Source of the DNA: an uncultured Clostridia bacterium
GTDB lineage: Bacteria; Bacillota; Clostridia; Christensenellales; CAG-138
Direction of reading: 5' to 3'
Assembly (NCBI GenBank): GCA_946411635.1
Contig: CAMKES010000002.1
Span: 46,566 to 110,565, forward strand
Length of the DNA: 64,000 nt
Below are positions 37,977 through 47,042 of the stretch, piece after piece. Position 1 is the first letter of the stretch. The number at the start of each line of letters is the position of its first letter. The translations under genes and the position numbers were made by a program. The notes below the pieces were generated by a model. It did no database searches, was not told where the DNA came from, and saw only the letters and a program-made list of their open reading frames with translations.

Positions 37977-38819
37977 ATGCCATACGTTTGTACGCATCTG
38001 TCATTCGGGAACGAGGTCGCCGAAGCGATCGGGGAAACGCTCGATTCGCTCGGCGAAGAATACGTGCTCGGCTGTTTCGGACCGGACGTTTACTTTTACG
38101 ACCGTCTGCCGCCGACGCCGTTCGTTCCGCATCGAAAAAAACACGGCAACGCGCTGCATCAGATCGACTGCGCCGCGCTCTTTGCCGCGCTTGTCCGCGC
38201 CTCGGACGACGCGACGCACACGTATCTGCTCGGCTTTCTCACGCATATCGCGCTCGACAGCACGCTGCATCCGTACGTGGAAGCGAAGCACCGGGGCATC
38301 GACCACACCCGCTTCGAGGGCGTGATCGATTCGATCGTCTATGCCGAAACGAAGGATGCGATCCCCTACCGCGAGATCCTTTTCCGCCGTCCCGACACCC
38401 GCCGCATCGACCGGTTGCTTTCCGAAGCGTCCGAAGCGCTGACCGGCGAATCCGTCGCGGGCGCGTACCGGCGCAGCGCGAAAAAGTTCCGCAGGCTCGT
38501 CCCCTTCCTGTTCGACCCGCGGGGAAAGCGGTATCGCGCCGTGAACCGGATCGAACGGCTGTTCAAAAAGGACGGACTGCTGTCCGCGTTCCTGCTGGCC
38601 GCGCCGCGTGCGGACACGGAAGACTGCATGAATCTTTCCCGCGCGGAGTGGGTCTCGCCCTTTGAACCGGATCGCGTGCGAAACGAAAGCGTTCCGATGC
38701 TGTTCGACGAAGCGAAGACGCTTGCCGTGTCGCTGATCCGCGCCTTTACGGACGGCGAGAGCGAAACGCTCCGTGCGCTTCTGAAAAACCGGACGATGCA
38801 GAAGGGAGCGCTCGTATGA
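37977..38819 (+). CDS. zinc-dependent phospholipase C-like family protein
   Basis: 280 aa. MPYVCTHLSFG..., GCFGPDVYFYD, YLLGFLTHIALDSTLHPYV match the conserved blocks of the bacterial Zn_dep_PLPC-like family. Confidence 0.7.
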   Translation: MPYVCTHLSFGNEVAEAIGETLDSLGEEYVLGCFGPDVYFYDRLPPTPFVPHRKKHGNALHQIDCAALFAALVRASDDATHTYLLGFLTHIALDSTLHPYVEAKHRGIDHTRFEGVIDSIVYAETKDAIPYREILFRRPDTRRIDRLLSEASEALTGESVAGAYRRSAKKFRRLVPFLFDPRGKRYRAVNRIERLFKKDGLLSAFLLAAPRADTEDCMNLSRAEWVSPFEPDRVRNESVPMLFDEAKTLAVSLIRAFTDGESETLRALLKNRTMQKGALV

Positions 38820-39286
38820 CGAAGACCTGCTGTTTCACCGGACATCGCGCGCTTCCCGCAGAGAACGGTCCCGAATACGCCGCGCTTCTCGACGCGCTTT
38901 CAAAGGCGGTCGACGACGCCGTTTCGGAAGGCTGTTCCAGGTTTGTCGTCGGCGGGGCGAAGGGCTTTGACCTGCTTGCGGGAAAATGGATCCTTGCGCG
39001 CAAAAAAACCGATCCCGCGATCACGCTTTCGGTCTACGTGCCGTTCCGCGGGCAGGACGCCGGTTACGCGCCGGACGAACGCGCCGCCTACCGCGCACTG
39101 CTCGAAGGCGCGGACGAGGTCGTCGTGCTCTCCGAAACCTATTATCCCGGATGCATGCGCGCGCGCAATGCGCGCATGGTCGCGGACGCCGACCTGTGCA
39201 TCGCGTACGTACGAAAAAAACCGAGCGGATCCGCGCAGACGATGCGCATGGCGGAATCCGCCGGCCTGACGGTGCTTCGGATATGA
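38816..39286 (+). CDS. SLOG family protein (DUF1273/YpsA-like)
   Basis: 156 aa. N-terminal TCCFTGHR motif and Rossmann-like GGAKGFD. ATGA overlaps at both ends. Confidence 0.75.
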   Translation: MTKTCCFTGHRALPAENGPEYAALLDALSKAVDDAVSEGCSRFVVGGAKGFDLLAGKWILARKKTDPAITLSVYVPFRGQDAGYAPDERAAYRALLEGADEVVVLSETYYPGCMRARNARMVADADLCIAYVRKKPSGSAQTMRMAESAGLTVLRI

Positions 39287-39819
39287 GTATGCAAACGAAC
39301 AAACAACCGTCCCCGGTCCGTCTCGTTCCGGTCTGCGCCGCTCTGACGCTTCTGCTTTTGTGGGCGGCGGAGCTCACGGGATATTTCGCGCTGCTGTTTT
39401 TCTTTCCGATCGCGCTTCTCATGCTGCCGCTCTGTGCGGAAAGGCTGTGGGGCTGGACGATCGTATGCGATCTGCTGATCGCCGCGTTCGTGCTGATCCT
39501 GCCCGTTCCGCATTATGCCTGGCTCGCGTTCGTCTGCGTACTTGCGCCGTACGTGCCGCTGCGGCACGCGCTGCGCCGGATCGGAGATCCGCGCCGCGCG
39601 ACGGTCCTTGCCGTGGGGCTTACGCTCGTCTGGACCGCCCTTCTGATCTTCGTGCTGTCGTTGCTCGGCGTCGGACTTCTGACCGTCCTTCCTCCGTTCG
39701 CGACGGTGCTGACCGGGCTTGCCGTTTTGGCGTTTCTGTTCCTGCTCGACGCGGCGTATCAGTTCTGCCTGAACCGTCTGCAAAAGCCGCTTCGCCGGTT
39801 TCTGCTGCCCCGCGCATAA
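39283..39819 (+). CDS. polytopic membrane protein, unknown function
   Basis: 178 aa with about 5 hydrophobic helices. Start overlaps the SLOG stop (ATGA). PBP1A starts 29 nt downstream. Confidence 0.6.
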   Translation: MSMQTNKQPSPVRLVPVCAALTLLLLWAAELTGYFALLFFFPIALLMLPLCAERLWGWTIVCDLLIAAFVLILPVPHYAWLAFVCVLAPYVPLRHALRRIGDPRRATVLAVGLTLVWTALLIFVLSLLGVGLLTVLPPFATVLTGLAVLAFLFLLDAAYQFCLNRLQKPLRRFLLPRA

Positions 39820-39848
39820 GGTTTTTGCACGCTCCGCATACTAACCGC

Positions 39849-42194
39849 ATGTGCGAGCAAAAAGCCATCCGAACGTATAAAAGTCTTTACCGCCGACGCC
39901 GCCGTCGGCGGTTTTTGCGCGTGCTGCTCACGCTCGTGTTCCTGCCCGCGCTCGTCGGCGCGGTCTGGATCTTTTCGCAGGACGCGTGGGGCGCGCTCGA
40001 TCTGGAGAAGATCTACGCGACCGAGGAAACGCTTCTGGTCACCGACCGCAGCGGCGCGGTGGTTTCGCGGCTGTATCTCAATGAGAACCGCGTTTCGATC
40101 GATGCGCGCGCTCTGCCCGATCACGTGAAGAACGCGTTCCTTGCCGCGGAGGACGCGCGGTTTTATTCGCATCCGGGATTCGATCTCATCCGCATTGCCG
40201 GCGCGGCGCTGCACGATCTGCGCGCCGGCTCCTACGTGGAAGGCGCCAGCACGATCACGCAGCAGCTGATCAAGCTGACGCATCTTTCCTCCGAAAAAAC
40301 GCTCGACCGAAAGGCGGACGAGGCGATCCTTTCCTATCAGCTCGAACAGCAGCTCGGAAAGGACGAGATCCTTTCCTGCTATCTGAACCGCGTGTATTTC
40401 GGCGGCGGCTACTACGGGATCGAAGCCGCCGCGGAGGGATATTTCGGCGTGCACGCAAGCGAGCTGACGCTTGCGCAGAGCGCATTGCTCGCCGGCGTTT
40501 TGAAATCCCCCGCCACCTATGCGCCGCATCTTCGCCCCGAGGCGTCGATCGGACGGCGCGGCGTCGTTCTCGATCTGATGGCGGGCTACGATATGATCTC
40601 CGAAGAAGAGGCCGCGCGCGCAAAGACGGAACCGCTTTGCCTCGCCGCCGACACGGCGAAGCAGAAGCACAACTCGTATATCGATCTGGCCCTGACCGAA
40701 GCATGCGATCTGCTTTCCTGCGATCTCGATGCGCTGCTGACCGGCGGCTACACGATCGAGACCGCGATGGATCCGGACGCGCAGCAAATTGCGGAGGCCG
40801 CGTTCTCCGACGACGCGTACTTCCCCGCGTACGGCGACGAATCCGCGGAGGGCGCGCTGGTGCTGATCGATGCGAAAACCGGCGGCGTTTGCGCGATCGT
40901 CGGCGGACGGGACCGAAAGACCGCGCTCGGGTTCAACCGCGCGACGCGCATCCGCCGTCAGCCGGGCAGCGCGATCAAGCCGATCCTCGTGTATGCGCCC
41001 GCGCTGGAGGCCGGCTATACCGCGGCGTCCATGCTGTTGGACGAAGCCGCGGACTTCGGTGATTACGTGCCGAAAAACGCGAACGGACGCTATTCCGGAT
41101 GGGTCACGATGCGCGAGGCGGTCACGCGGTCGCTGAACCTTCCCGCCGTGACGCTGTTCCGCGACCTCGGCGTTTCGGAATGCAAGGCGTTCGCGGCCCG
41201 GTTCGGGATCGCGTTCGACGTGCGCGACGATTCTCTCGCGCTTGCGCTCGGCGGGTTTACCTACGGCGTTTCCCCGTACCGTCTCTGCGGGGCGTACGCC
41301 GCGCTCGCATCGGGCGGGATCTACCGCGCGCCGTATGCGGTCACCCGGATCGTCGACCGCGCGGGAACGGAGCTGTACCGCCGCACGCCGCCGGAAACGC
41401 GCGTCCTCTCGGAGGGGAACGCGTACGTTCTGACCTCGATGCTCCGAAGCGTCGCGCAGAGCGGGACCGCAAGTCTGCTTTCAAACGTCGGGATCCCGCT
41501 TGCCGCTAAGACCGGCACGGTCGGCGACGCCTCCGGCAACCGCGACGTATGGCTTGCGTGCTATAATCCGGATTACGCCGCCGTCGTCTGGATGGGCTTC
41601 GACGACGCGGCGGGCGGCCGCTGCCTGCCGAAAGACTGCGGCGGCGGGACCTATCCCGCCATGCTGCTCGGCGACGTGTTTTCGGCGCTTTACCGGAACA
41701 GGCCCGCGCCGGATTTCCGCATGCCGGACGACGTCGTGACCGCGGCGCTCGACGGCGCGATGCTCGAATCGGAGCACGTCGCGGTGCTCGCCAACAGTCT
41801 GACCCCGAAAGACCGGATCGTGTACGAATGCTTTGTCCGCGGAACAGAGCCCGCCGCGGAATCGCCGTACTGGCAGATCCCGGAGCCGCCGGACGATCTT
41901 TCCGTTCTGCTTTCGGACGGCGAAGCGGAGATCTCGTTCACGCCGCCGTCGCGGTACTGCTCCTATCGGCTCTACCGCGAGGACGAGGACGGATTCTCCG
42001 TGCTGCTCGGCACGTTTGAACGTCCCGCCTACCCCGTCCGTTTCACGGACGACGCGCATCGTCTGTACGGCGCGTACGCATATTACGTCGTTCCGTTTCA
42101 TCCGGATCTGCTCGTCGACGGCGCGCCGCTCTGTGGACGGTCGAGCGAAAAAAAGCGGATCTGTATTCGGAATTCTCTGTCTTTCTCTCCGTAA
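39849..42194 (+). CDS. class A penicillin-binding protein (transglycosylase/transpeptidase, PBP1A type)
   Basis: 781 aa from ATG 39849. GT51 motifs (AAEDARFYSHPGFD, GASTITQQL, RKADE) and transpeptidase motifs (SAIKP, SLN, KTGT). C-terminal extension of about 130 aa. Confidence 0.92.
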   Translation: MCEQKAIRTYKSLYRRRRRRRFLRVLLTLVFLPALVGAVWIFSQDAWGALDLEKIYATEETLLVTDRSGAVVSRLYLNENRVSIDARALPDHVKNAFLAAEDARFYSHPGFDLIRIAGAALHDLRAGSYVEGASTITQQLIKLTHLSSEKTLDRKADEAILSYQLEQQLGKDEILSCYLNRVYFGGGYYGIEAAAEGYFGVHASELTLAQSALLAGVLKSPATYAPHLRPEASIGRRGVVLDLMAGYDMISEEEAARAKTEPLCLAADTAKQKHNSYIDLALTEACDLLSCDLDALLTGGYTIETAMDPDAQQIAEAAFSDDAYFPAYGDESAEGALVLIDAKTGGVCAIVGGRDRKTALGFNRATRIRRQPGSAIKPILVYAPALEAGYTAASMLLDEAADFGDYVPKNANGRYSGWVTMREAVTRSLNLPAVTLFRDLGVSECKAFAARFGIAFDVRDDSLALALGGFTYGVSPYRLCGAYAALASGGIYRAPYAVTRIVDRAGTELYRRTPPETRVLSEGNAYVLTSMLRSVAQSGTASLLSNVGIPLAAKTGTVGDASGNRDVWLACYNPDYAAVVWMGFDDAAGGRCLPKDCGGGTYPAMLLGDVFSALYRNRPAPDFRMPDDVVTAALDGAMLESEHVAVLANSLTPKDRIVYECFVRGTEPAAESPYWQIPEPPDDLSVLLSDGEAEISFTPPSRYCSYRLYREDEDGFSVLLGTFERPAYPVRFTDDAHRLYGAYAYYVVPFHPDLLVDGAPLCGRSSEKKRICIRNSLSFSP

Positions 42195-42219
42195 ACGCTT
42201 CCGATTTTGCAAACAAAGG

Positions 42220-42248
42220 TTGACGAAACCGGGAAACTATATTATATT
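42220..42248 (+). promoter_or_regulatory. sigma-A type promoter of the GntR gene
   Basis: TTGACG (42220-42225), 17 nt, TATATT (42243-42248). Confidence 0.6.
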
Positions 42249-42302
42249 ATACATAGGTGCGGCGTCTGCCGTTCCGCAATTTTATAATGGAGAGTGAGAA
42301 AA

Positions 42303-42971
42303 ATGGATTATAAGGCACTTGCAGCCAACGTCGGAAGCCGTGAGGGGTTCGGAACACAGGAATGGGTCTATCGCGTTCTTCGTGCCGGCATCGTCAACGG
42401 TGCGCTGCCGGGCGGAATGCAGCTGAAGCAGGATGAGATCTCGGCTGCGCTGAACGTCAGCCATATCCCCGTTCGCGAAGCGCTGCGTCAGCTGGAAGCG
42501 CAGCAGCTCGTTACGATCCACGCCAACCGCGGCGCGACCGTGACCGAGCTTTCCCGCGATATGCTCATCAACACCATACAGGTCCGCGCCGCGATCTCCA
42601 CGGCGATGCTTGCCGTTGCGATCCCGCGTATGACCGATGAAGACTTCTCCGCGCTGGAAGCCGTTCTTGAGGAGCAGCGCGGTGTGAGCGATCTGATCTC
42701 CTCGGAGAATCTGAATTTCAAATTCCACGATCTGCTGAGCGCGAAGGCGAACAATCCCGTTGCGGACATGCTCATGGAGATCATCCACGCCAATATCGAC
42801 CGGTATCTCCGGAGCGGCTTCTACAGCGACGCCGCGGAGCGCGAGAACTCCGTCGTCGAGCATGAACGGATCCTTGCCGCCTGCAAGGCGCGCGACGTCG
42901 ACGCCGCCGTCAAGCTTCTGCATGCGCACATCATGGACGCCGTTGCGCTGATCCCCGAAAACGTACACTGA
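42303..42971 (+). CDS. GntR family transcriptional regulator with FCD domain
   Basis: 222 aa from ATG 42303. wHTH (EISAALNVSHIPVREALRQLEAQQLV) and an FCD-type C-terminal domain. Monocistronic. Confidence 0.85.
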   Translation: MDYKALAANVGSREGFGTQEWVYRVLRAGIVNGALPGGMQLKQDEISAALNVSHIPVREALRQLEAQQLVTIHANRGATVTELSRDMLINTIQVRAAISTAMLAVAIPRMTDEDFSALEAVLEEQRGVSDLISSENLNFKFHDLLSAKANNPVADMLMEIIHANIDRYLRSGFYSDAAERENSVVEHERILAACKARDVDAAVKLLHAHIMDAVALIPENVH

Positions 42972-42985
42972 CGCGAACGCGTTCT

Positions 42986-43016
42986 GCCGCGGCCGGAAAA
43001 CCGGCCGCGGTTTTTT
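42986..43016 (+). terminator. rho-independent terminator after the GntR gene
   Basis: CCGCGGCCGG-AAAA-CCGGCCGCGG followed by TTTTTT. Confidence 0.85.
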
Positions 43017-43018
43017 CG

Positions 43019-43189
43019 TTACGGCTCATTCAGATACTCCCAAAGCAGGATCCCCGCCGCCGCGATCTGTATCAGCAGCAGCGCGGCGATCGCAGCCGCC
43101 TGCCCCTTCCGTCTTTTTGCGGCGCTGTGAACGAGATACGCGATCCCGTAGCCGAGCGGCACAAGCTGCATTCCGAAAAACAGGATCAT
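43019..43189 (-). CDS. small two-helix membrane protein translationally coupled to gerC (candidate germinant-receptor D-like subunit)
   Basis: Not in the track (56 aa). Manual translation gives MILFFGMQLVPLGYGIAYLVHSAAKRRKGQAAAIAALLLIQIAAAGILLWEYLNEP. The ATG overlaps the gerC stop (ATGA), and GGAGGG lies 6 nt upstream. Confidence 0.5.
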   Translation of the reverse strand: MILFFGMQLVPLGYGIAYLVHSAAKRRKGQAAAIAALLLIQIAAAGILLWEYLNEP

Positions 43190-44337
43190 GGCGTTCCCTC
43201 CTGCGAGAGCATGACGGTCACGGAAAACGAAACGGACAGCGTCCGGTAATCCGCTTTCCAGTCGTACGCCTCCCAGTCCTCCGCGCTTTTGAACCGCATC
43301 GCCGCAAATCTGCCGAAGCCCATCGCGTCGCTGTTCACGCGCTGCAGCGCGGAGAAAACCTCGTCGAGCTCCGCTTCGATCCGCTCTTTGAGAAACGCCT
43401 TCCGCTCCGCGCGCCCCATTCCCGTGTATTCCGGGGAAACGGGATCCGCCTCCAGATACAGCTCCACCCGCGCGTTCTCCCCCGTGAGCGTGATCTTCGG
43501 CGCGCGTACGCGGTACAGCACCACGCTCATCGGCGTTCCGTCCGGCAGCGTAAGGAGCAGTTCGCCCCGTTCAAACGCGTCCGTGACCATTCGCACGGCC
43601 ATTGTATGCCGTCCGTTCAGCACGCCGACCATCCGGTCTCCGTTGAATACGGCGCATCCCGCAACCGACGTTTTCAGCAGGTCCTTCGTCAGAAGCGATC
43701 CGCCGAGATACGGATACGCGTCGCCGCCGACGAGGTCCGTTTCGAGCGCGTATTCGGTTTCGCCCGCGTATGCGAGCATCGCATCGTACCGTTTGTCGAC
43801 GACCGCTTCAAGGTATTCGTCGTACCCGACGTCCGCCGTGATGCCGGACGCGGACGCAAGATCGCCGGCGGCGGTCTTGATCTTGCGCAGAGAAGGATCC
43901 GTTTCCGTCACCCATCCTTCGAACACGCCGCGCACCGGATCCTTCGACACGACGACGCGCAGGTTCTGCCAGAGATCCGACTTGCCGAACGAGAAATCCA
44001 GAAACGCGGTCTGCTCCCCCGTCCTTGCCAGATCTTCGTGTATCACGAGCAGGGACGAGCGGGAAAAGCTCAGCCGTCCCGGATACGCGGCATTCAGCGT
44101 TTCGACCGCCTCCGAAAGCGTTCGCGCTTCCGCGTCGATCACGACGTTTTTGACCGCGCTCTCCTCCGTTCCCGCATTCGGAACGGAAACCAGAAACGTA
44201 ACGAGATACGGCATCGTCGTCCCGCGTTCCACGCCGACGTTCAGGATATAGGCGTATTCGTCGAGGTTTCTTGAACGCACGCATCCGGTCGCGAGCAGCA
44301 GAACGAGCAGCGTGAGCGTCAAACGGATGCGGCGCAT
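43186..44337 (-). CDS. spore germination lipoprotein, Ger(x)C family
   Basis: 383 aa from ATG 44337. Lipobox LLLATGC followed by NLDEYAYILNVGVE, typical of GerAC/GerBC proteins. The track ORF is fused to an upstream spurious frame. Confidence 0.85.
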   Translation of the reverse strand: MRRIRLTLTLLVLLLATGCVRSRNLDEYAYILNVGVERGTTMPYLVTFLVSVPNAGTEESAVKNVVIDAEARTLSEAVETLNAAYPGRLSFSRSSLLVIHEDLARTGEQTAFLDFSFGKSDLWQNLRVVVSKDPVRGVFEGWVTETDPSLRKIKTAAGDLASASGITADVGYDEYLEAVVDKRYDAMLAYAGETEYALETDLVGGDAYPYLGGSLLTKDLLKTSVAGCAVFNGDRMVGVLNGRHTMAVRMVTDAFERGELLLTLPDGTPMSVVLYRVRAPKITLTGENARVELYLEADPVSPEYTGMGRAERKAFLKERIEAELDEVFSALQRVNSDAMGFGRFAAMRFKSAEDWEAYDWKADYRTLSVSFSVTVMLSQEGTP

Positions 44338-45413
44338 TTTCGTTGCCTCCTTTTCTTTTTCAGCAGCAGGAACGGGAACGGAGCGGTCAGCGGGATCCAT
44401 CCGAAGCGGGATACGGCGCGGACCAGCCCGTCCGTCGTTTCCGAGTCGTAAAACAGAACGAGCATCAGCGTTACCGTGATCGTCGAAACGCAGAACGCCG
44501 CAGGCCGGATATCGCGCATGCCGAACGCCTTGCACAGCAGCACGCACGCGGCGTACAGATAAAACGCCGCGGTCAGGATCCCGCCGGTCAGCCAGAGAAA
44601 CAGAATCGCGCGGTCGACGCGGAGCGTCGGATTCACGGTCCGGACCGCAACCAGCATATCGTAAAACGGCGTCGGCATGGTCCGGAGCCGCAGATAGGTA
44701 AAGCTCTGCGCCAGCGCAAAATACGCGCCGGCGGCAAGCAGTCCCCCGCCAATCGCGCCGATCCTGCCGGCGCTTCGCATCGCCATGCGGTCCTGCGTTC
44801 CTTCTCCGACGCAGAGCAGCGCAAGCAGCGGCGGGATCGTGGAAAACTGGAAATTGCCAGACGCCGTAAAGATCCGCAGCGGCTCCTTCAGCGGGATCGG
44901 ATATATCCGATACGTCCGGTATTGACCGACGCCGAGAAGCAGCGCTCCGACGATCGAAATCAACAGCACCGGAAGCAGGATCCGCGACGTGCGCATCAGC
45001 GTCTCCGCGCCGAGCGCCGTCAAAAGCAGCAGACACGGGAGCAGGTACATGCAGACCGTGACCTGCTTCGAATCGACGAACACATACCGTGTGATCGTGA
45101 TCAGAAACCGCTCCAGCGGCTGCATGGCGGCGAATACGAGCGCAAGCGCAAGCGGCACGGTCAGCGCAGCCTTGACGCGCGAACGTCCGATCAGCGACGC
45201 CAGGTCGAGCCCGCCGCGAAGCCGAAGCGCCCATACGACCGCTTCAAAGAGCAAAAGCGCCTGGATCGAAGCGAGGATCTGGATGAGATACGAAGCGTTC
45301 CCGTGCTCGAAAAGTGCGCGCGGATCCGCGCCGAAGCAGCTGCCGAAAAACGTTGCGATCAGCACTGCCGATGCCGCCTCCTGACGTCCGAATTTCCCGA
45401 TCCGCAGATTCAT
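44319..45413 (-). CDS. spore germination protein, Ger(x)B (APC-type permease-like)
   Basis: 364 aa with 10 TM helices. Located between the A and C subunit genes, with an ATGA overlap with the A gene. Confidence 0.82.
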   Translation of the reverse strand: MNLRIGKFGRQEAASAVLIATFFGSCFGADPRALFEHGNASYLIQILASIQALLLFEAVVWALRLRGGLDLASLIGRSRVKAALTVPLALALVFAAMQPLERFLITITRYVFVDSKQVTVCMYLLPCLLLLTALGAETLMRTSRILLPVLLISIVGALLLGVGQYRTYRIYPIPLKEPLRIFTASGNFQFSTIPPLLALLCVGEGTQDRMAMRSAGRIGAIGGGLLAAGAYFALAQSFTYLRLRTMPTPFYDMLVAVRTVNPTLRVDRAILFLWLTGGILTAAFYLYAACVLLCKAFGMRDIRPAAFCVSTITVTLMLVLFYDSETTDGLVRAVSRFGWIPLTAPFPFLLLKKKRRQRKCAASV

Positions 45414-47002
45414 GCGCGCCTCCTTAAGGGATTCGACCAGTCGGATGCGCCCGCCCGGTTTTTCAGCTTTTCACGGGAGAACAGACGCTCGCCCCGCTTC
45501 GTGACCGGTGCAAACGGCGCGAGAAACGGCACGCCGAACGATTTCATCGTGCAGAGGATCGCGGTCGTGATCAATCCCATGACCGCAATGCCCAGAAGCC
45601 CGCTCATCGCCGCGGCGACGCAGAGCACGATACGGTAATACGCCGCCGCGACCTGCATGCTGTAGTCCGGGATCGTGAAGTTGCCGAGCCCCGTCAGCGC
45701 AACGATGATCAATACCACCGTGGACACGATGTTCGCGGAAACGGCCGCCTGCCCGAGCAGAAGTCCGCCGATGATGCCGATCGCGTGACCGATCGACCCG
45801 GGCACGCGCAGTCCCGCCTCGCGCACGAGCTGGAACACGAGCAGCAAAAAGATCATCTCCAGCGGAAGCGGCAGAAAGACCATCGCGCGCGAGGCGGCGA
45901 CCGTTTCCAGGATCTCGCTCGAAAGCTGTCCGGCGTGATGCTGCGCAAGCGCGAGAAAATAAGCCGGCAGATACGCGGAGAGCAGCGCGCCCGTCATGCG
46001 GATGAACCGCATGATCGTTCCGACCGGCTGCCGCGCGTCGACGTCCTCGCCGCTTTCCATCAGCGTGCCGAGCGTGACCGGGATCACGCCCGCCGTGGGA
46101 CAGCCCTCGCAAAGCAGCGCGATCCGTCCGTCGAGAATCGCGGACGCGGCGCGGTCGGGGCGCTCCGTTTTCAGCATCTGCGGCATCGGAAAAAAGGTGA
46201 ATCCTTCGATCAGCTGTTCGATCCTGCCGACCGTCAGGCGCGTATCCGTTGCAATCGCATCGAGACGCTTTTCAAGCTCCGCGAGCAGCACGGGATTGAC
46301 TGTTCCGTCCAGATACGCGATCACGAGCTTCGTGCGGTTCGTGCCGCCCGAATCGCGAAAGCGGCAAACGAAGTCGGGGCGCTTGACGATGCGTCTCAGA
46401 AGCGTTACGTTCGTGCGGAGATTTTCGGTAAACGCTTCCCTCGGGCCGAGGATCGTCGTTTCGTTTTTCGCCTCGCCGACGGGGCGCGAAACGAATCCGC
46501 GCGTGTCGCAGAGAATCGCTTCCTTCGCGCCGTCGATCAGGATCGCCGTCCGGCCCTCCGCGATTGCTTCCGCGATCTTTCCGCGGCTTTCGGTCCGTTC
46601 CGTCTCATACAGCGCAAGCGCGTGCGCGCAGAAATACGCGGGGATCTTTGCGTTCGACACCCCCGCGACGTCCAGCGAAAACGCCGGACGCAGAATAAAG
46701 TCGGCGATCTGCTTCTGATCCGCCATGCCGTTCAGGCTCGCGGCGATCGCGGGCGCGCTTCCGCCGATCAGGAACCGGCGCAGGATCAGGTCCGGATTGA
46801 CGTCGCCGCGAAACAGCGTGTGCAGCCATTCGCGGTTTGCTTCGAGATGACGTGCGATCGTGCCGGATTCCCGGCGAAGCTTTGCCCTTTTCTCCTTTCG
46901 GTGCGCAAAAAAGGACGGCGTCCCGGGGGACTCCGTCTCTTTCAATTCAAAACGCGCGTACGGCGCGTCGAACCGGAACAGATTGCGGATCGCTTCCATC
47001 AT
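45410..47002 (-). CDS. spore germination protein, Ger(x)A
   Basis: 530 aa. TERPDRAASAILDGRIALLCEG..., LREAGLRVPGSIGHAIGIIGGLLLGQAAVSANIVS are GerA-family signature blocks. Confidence 0.9.
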   Translation of the reverse strand: MMEAIRNLFRFDAPYARFELKETESPGTPSFFAHRKEKRAKLRRESGTIARHLEANREWLHTLFRGDVNPDLILRRFLIGGSAPAIAASLNGMADQKQIADFILRPAFSLDVAGVSNAKIPAYFCAHALALYETERTESRGKIAEAIAEGRTAILIDGAKEAILCDTRGFVSRPVGEAKNETTILGPREAFTENLRTNVTLLRRIVKRPDFVCRFRDSGGTNRTKLVIAYLDGTVNPVLLAELEKRLDAIATDTRLTVGRIEQLIEGFTFFPMPQMLKTERPDRAASAILDGRIALLCEGCPTAGVIPVTLGTLMESGEDVDARQPVGTIMRFIRMTGALLSAYLPAYFLALAQHHAGQLSSEILETVAASRAMVFLPLPLEMIFLLLVFQLVREAGLRVPGSIGHAIGIIGGLLLGQAAVSANIVSTVVLIIVALTGLGNFTIPDYSMQVAAAYYRIVLCVAAAMSGLLGIAVMGLITTAILCTMKSFGVPFLAPFAPVTKRGERLFSREKLKNRAGASDWSNPLRRRA

Positions 47003-47042
47003 ACGAACAGTATGCGCGGGAAGCGGTCCGTCTATACCGCGA

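Noticed and set aside
47008-47037. Forespore sigma-G/F-like promoter match GTATA-N18-CATACTG immediately upstream of gerA.
   Set aside because: The match is decent, but the -10 element ends only 5 nt before the gerA ATG, which would force a leaderless mRNA. With one mismatch and no comparative data I cannot separate it from chance, so I did not list it as a feature. It is worth testing by TSS mapping in sporulating cells.
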